Below, piece after piece: positions 35,062 to 36,900 of a stretch of DNA of 36,900 bases. The notes under the pieces were generated by a model. It did no database searches, was not told the DNA's origin, and saw only the letters and a program-made list of their open reading frames with translations. Origin of the DNA: a virus (lineage: Duplodnaviria > Caudoviricetes). Both the position numbers and the translations under genes were made by a program. The stretch is taken from positions 1 through 36,900 of IMG/VR virus record IMGVR_UViG_3300004093_000031. One strand, written 5' to 3'. Within the stretch, counting starts at the first letter, position 1; each line of letters starts with the position of its first letter.

Positions 35062-36900
35062 TTGGGATACGGGATTTCACTTACGCGTCGCGGTCTTCTC
35101 ATCGCTCTGTGCTTCGCTCAGGGCACGGTCTGCGCAGGGGGGTTCGATTCTGGAACGACACCGCCGACGCCCGGAACGAAGCAGAATCATCCCGTCGAGG
35201 ATGGCAATCGGCAGGGAGAGACCAGTGCCGGTCGCTCAGACGCGACTTTGGGATTTACGCCACCGAGCGGCGTCGTTAGTCGCGCCGACCTCGCGGACCC
35301 GATCAACAGCCCGCTCGTCTCGAAGTTCAGAACCGTTCTGGCGACCTACGATGACTTTGCCGCCCACGGCGATGGCAAGGCTTGGACGGAATCTGCCGAC
35401 GTGTGTCCGGCTCTCAACGCTGCGTTCGCCTTCCTCAACGCGCGCGGGGGAGGAACCCTTGTGCTGCCTCCCGGCGCGGCTCGCTGCGCGACGTCATTGC
35501 GTGCGCCCAACATGTCCCGCATCAAGATTATCGGCCAGGGTGCAGGTGCCTTCTCCATCGCGGGAACCGAGTTGAAATGGGTCGGTGCGCCCGGAGCCGT
35601 GATCGTCGATCTGCGGAGTACGACGGCTCAGACACCGGTGACCGCCGTTGCGGTTTCGGATCTGACGCTCAACGGGAATGGGCGCGCGAAGACGGGATTG
35701 TTCGTGCGCGGGCTGAAAAATTCCAGAATCGACATCATGGTGCGGGACACGACCGGTCCGGGCGCCGATATCGATGTCGATGAGGCCCGCGGTCCTCTCG
35801 CGAAAGGCCCGCTCACAGGACCTGTCTGGGCGGCGGTCACACCGGGATCCGGTGGACGGAGCGGGACCTACACCGGGGTCCCCCTCGCGAACGCGAGCGC
35901 GGGAGCCGGAGAGGGCGCCCGCGCGACGATCACGGTCAAGGGCGGTTCCGTATCCGCGATCGACGTCACGGAGGGGGGAGCCAATTACGTGCTGGGCGAC
36001 GTCCTGACCGTCGAGCCCCCCGACATCGGCGGAACGCGGGACGTGTCCATCACCGTCGCGAATTCCGGCAATGCCGCGTCCTCGTTCCTCGACACATCTC
36101 AGAACGAGTGGAAACTCCGCGTGACGCAGCAAGGCAGAGCGAGCCTGAAGGCGCAGGGCGTGCGCATCGGACCGGGGTCGCCGTGGCTCGACACCAACTC
36201 GAGCCAGTGGATCAATGTGCTGACATTGACCCAACAGGGGACGGGGTTCGAGATCGGCAACGCGGATACCAACGAGTTCATCTTCATACGCGCCGATCGC
36301 GAAGGACATACCGGGATTGGAGTCGACCTGAAGGGCGGAGTCTGGACGTCAGCGTCCTCTGCCCGGGCCAACCGCTTCGGGACAATCTCGGCGACGGGCG
36401 GCTTAGTCGCGCGCGGCGGGCCACGGCCGAGCGTCAGGAATGTCGTGGCCAAGTACAATACCGAGAGCGGTGAGGCGCCGCCAAAATGGGAGGATGGTGC
36501 GGGCGTCAACATCACCGATGATAACGGCCAGTCCATCGGGAATACTGGGTTCACGACGAATCTCGCACGAACGGTCTACACGCCCGCGGTCGCACGCGGC
36601 GGTGCGGCCGCCGCCTCAGTCTCGGCCACGGCCGATTACCGCCGATTCGGTCGAGAGATCCTCGGTATTCGGCTGGATATCAAAGTCACGGGCGGCTCGG
36701 GCTACATCACGGCCTCGCTTCCCTGCCAACCGTTCAAGGACACGGTGTTGACTGGATTCGACCGAGCGACCGGTCGCTCCGTCCAGGGCCGGATCGGTTT
36801 CGCCGATCCGAAGGTCTACATCTACAGCATGGACGGGACAGTGCCGGCGAGCGCCAACGCTCAGCCGCTGCTCACCGGCGATCTGGAATGCAAGGATTGA
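35062..36900 (+). CDS. Third tailspike/fibre-like beta-helix protein, possible Tat signal, outside the att boundary
   Basis: TTG start after GGAGG; SLTRRGLLIALCFAQG; DFAAHGDG...D..PALNAA..GGGTLVLPPG; inserted GSG..GTY.GVPL..GA.ATITV.GG.V module; fibre-type C-terminal domain. Confidence 0.75.
   Translation: MGYGISLTRRGLLIALCFAQGTVCAGGFDSGTTPPTPGTKQNHPVEDGNRQGETSAGRSDATLGFTPPSGVVSRADLADPINSPLVSKFRTVLATYDDFAAHGDGKAWTESADVCPALNAAFAFLNARGGGTLVLPPGAARCATSLRAPNMSRIKIIGQGAGAFSIAGTELKWVGAPGAVIVDLRSTTAQTPVTAVAVSDLTLNGNGRAKTGLFVRGLKNSRIDIMVRDTTGPGADIDVDEARGPLAKGPLTGPVWAAVTPGSGGRSGTYTGVPLANASAGAGEGARATITVKGGSVSAIDVTEGGANYVLGDVLTVEPPDIGGTRDVSITVANSGNAASSFLDTSQNEWKLRVTQQGRASLKAQGVRIGPGSPWLDTNSSQWINVLTLTQQGTGFEIGNADTNEFIFIRADREGHTGIGVDLKGGVWTSASSARANRFGTISATGGLVARGGPRPSVRNVVAKYNTESGEAPPKWEDGAGVNITDDNGQSIGNTGFTTNLARTVYTPAVARGGAAAASVSATADYRRFGREILGIRLDIKVTGGSGYITASLPCQPFKDTVLTGFDRATGRSVQGRIGFADPKVYIYSMDGTVPASANAQPLLTGDLECKD

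Overview
High-GC alphaproteobacterial DNA (Methylobacterium-like by gene content, which is an inference). The window opens inside the 3' half of a tRNA-Glu gene. Most of it is a ~33.4 kb defective prophage bounded by a 17-bp direct repeat, TCCCCTTGGGAGCGCCA, at 25..41 and 33456..33472. The left arm (minus strand) holds a frameshifted tyrosine integrase that reads through the att core, an excisionase, DUF1643, a DndC-like PAPS-reductase-family gene, a DUF3268-like zinc finger and a truncated RecE-like gene. A large deletion near 6260 joins this arm directly to a siphovirus-type tail module. No repressor, replication, terminase, portal, capsid or tail-tube gene is recognisable. The tail module has a chaperone remnant with its slippery site, tape measure, tail-tip genes and fibre/spike genes. 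It is followed by a muramidase and holin lysis cassette. The right arm is low-GC cargo: two GT4 glycosyltransferases, two SAM methyltransferases, a glycan-locus repeat protein, an IS630/IS5 chimera and a second displaced spike gene with an endolysin stub. The most striking observation is three tailspike-like beta-helix genes that all carry predicted export signals. Two of them share an SPDMYRPNVD N-terminal motif and the same downstream homology arm, and they lie beside surface-glycan modification genes. All family assignments come from motif recognition by eye, with no database search.
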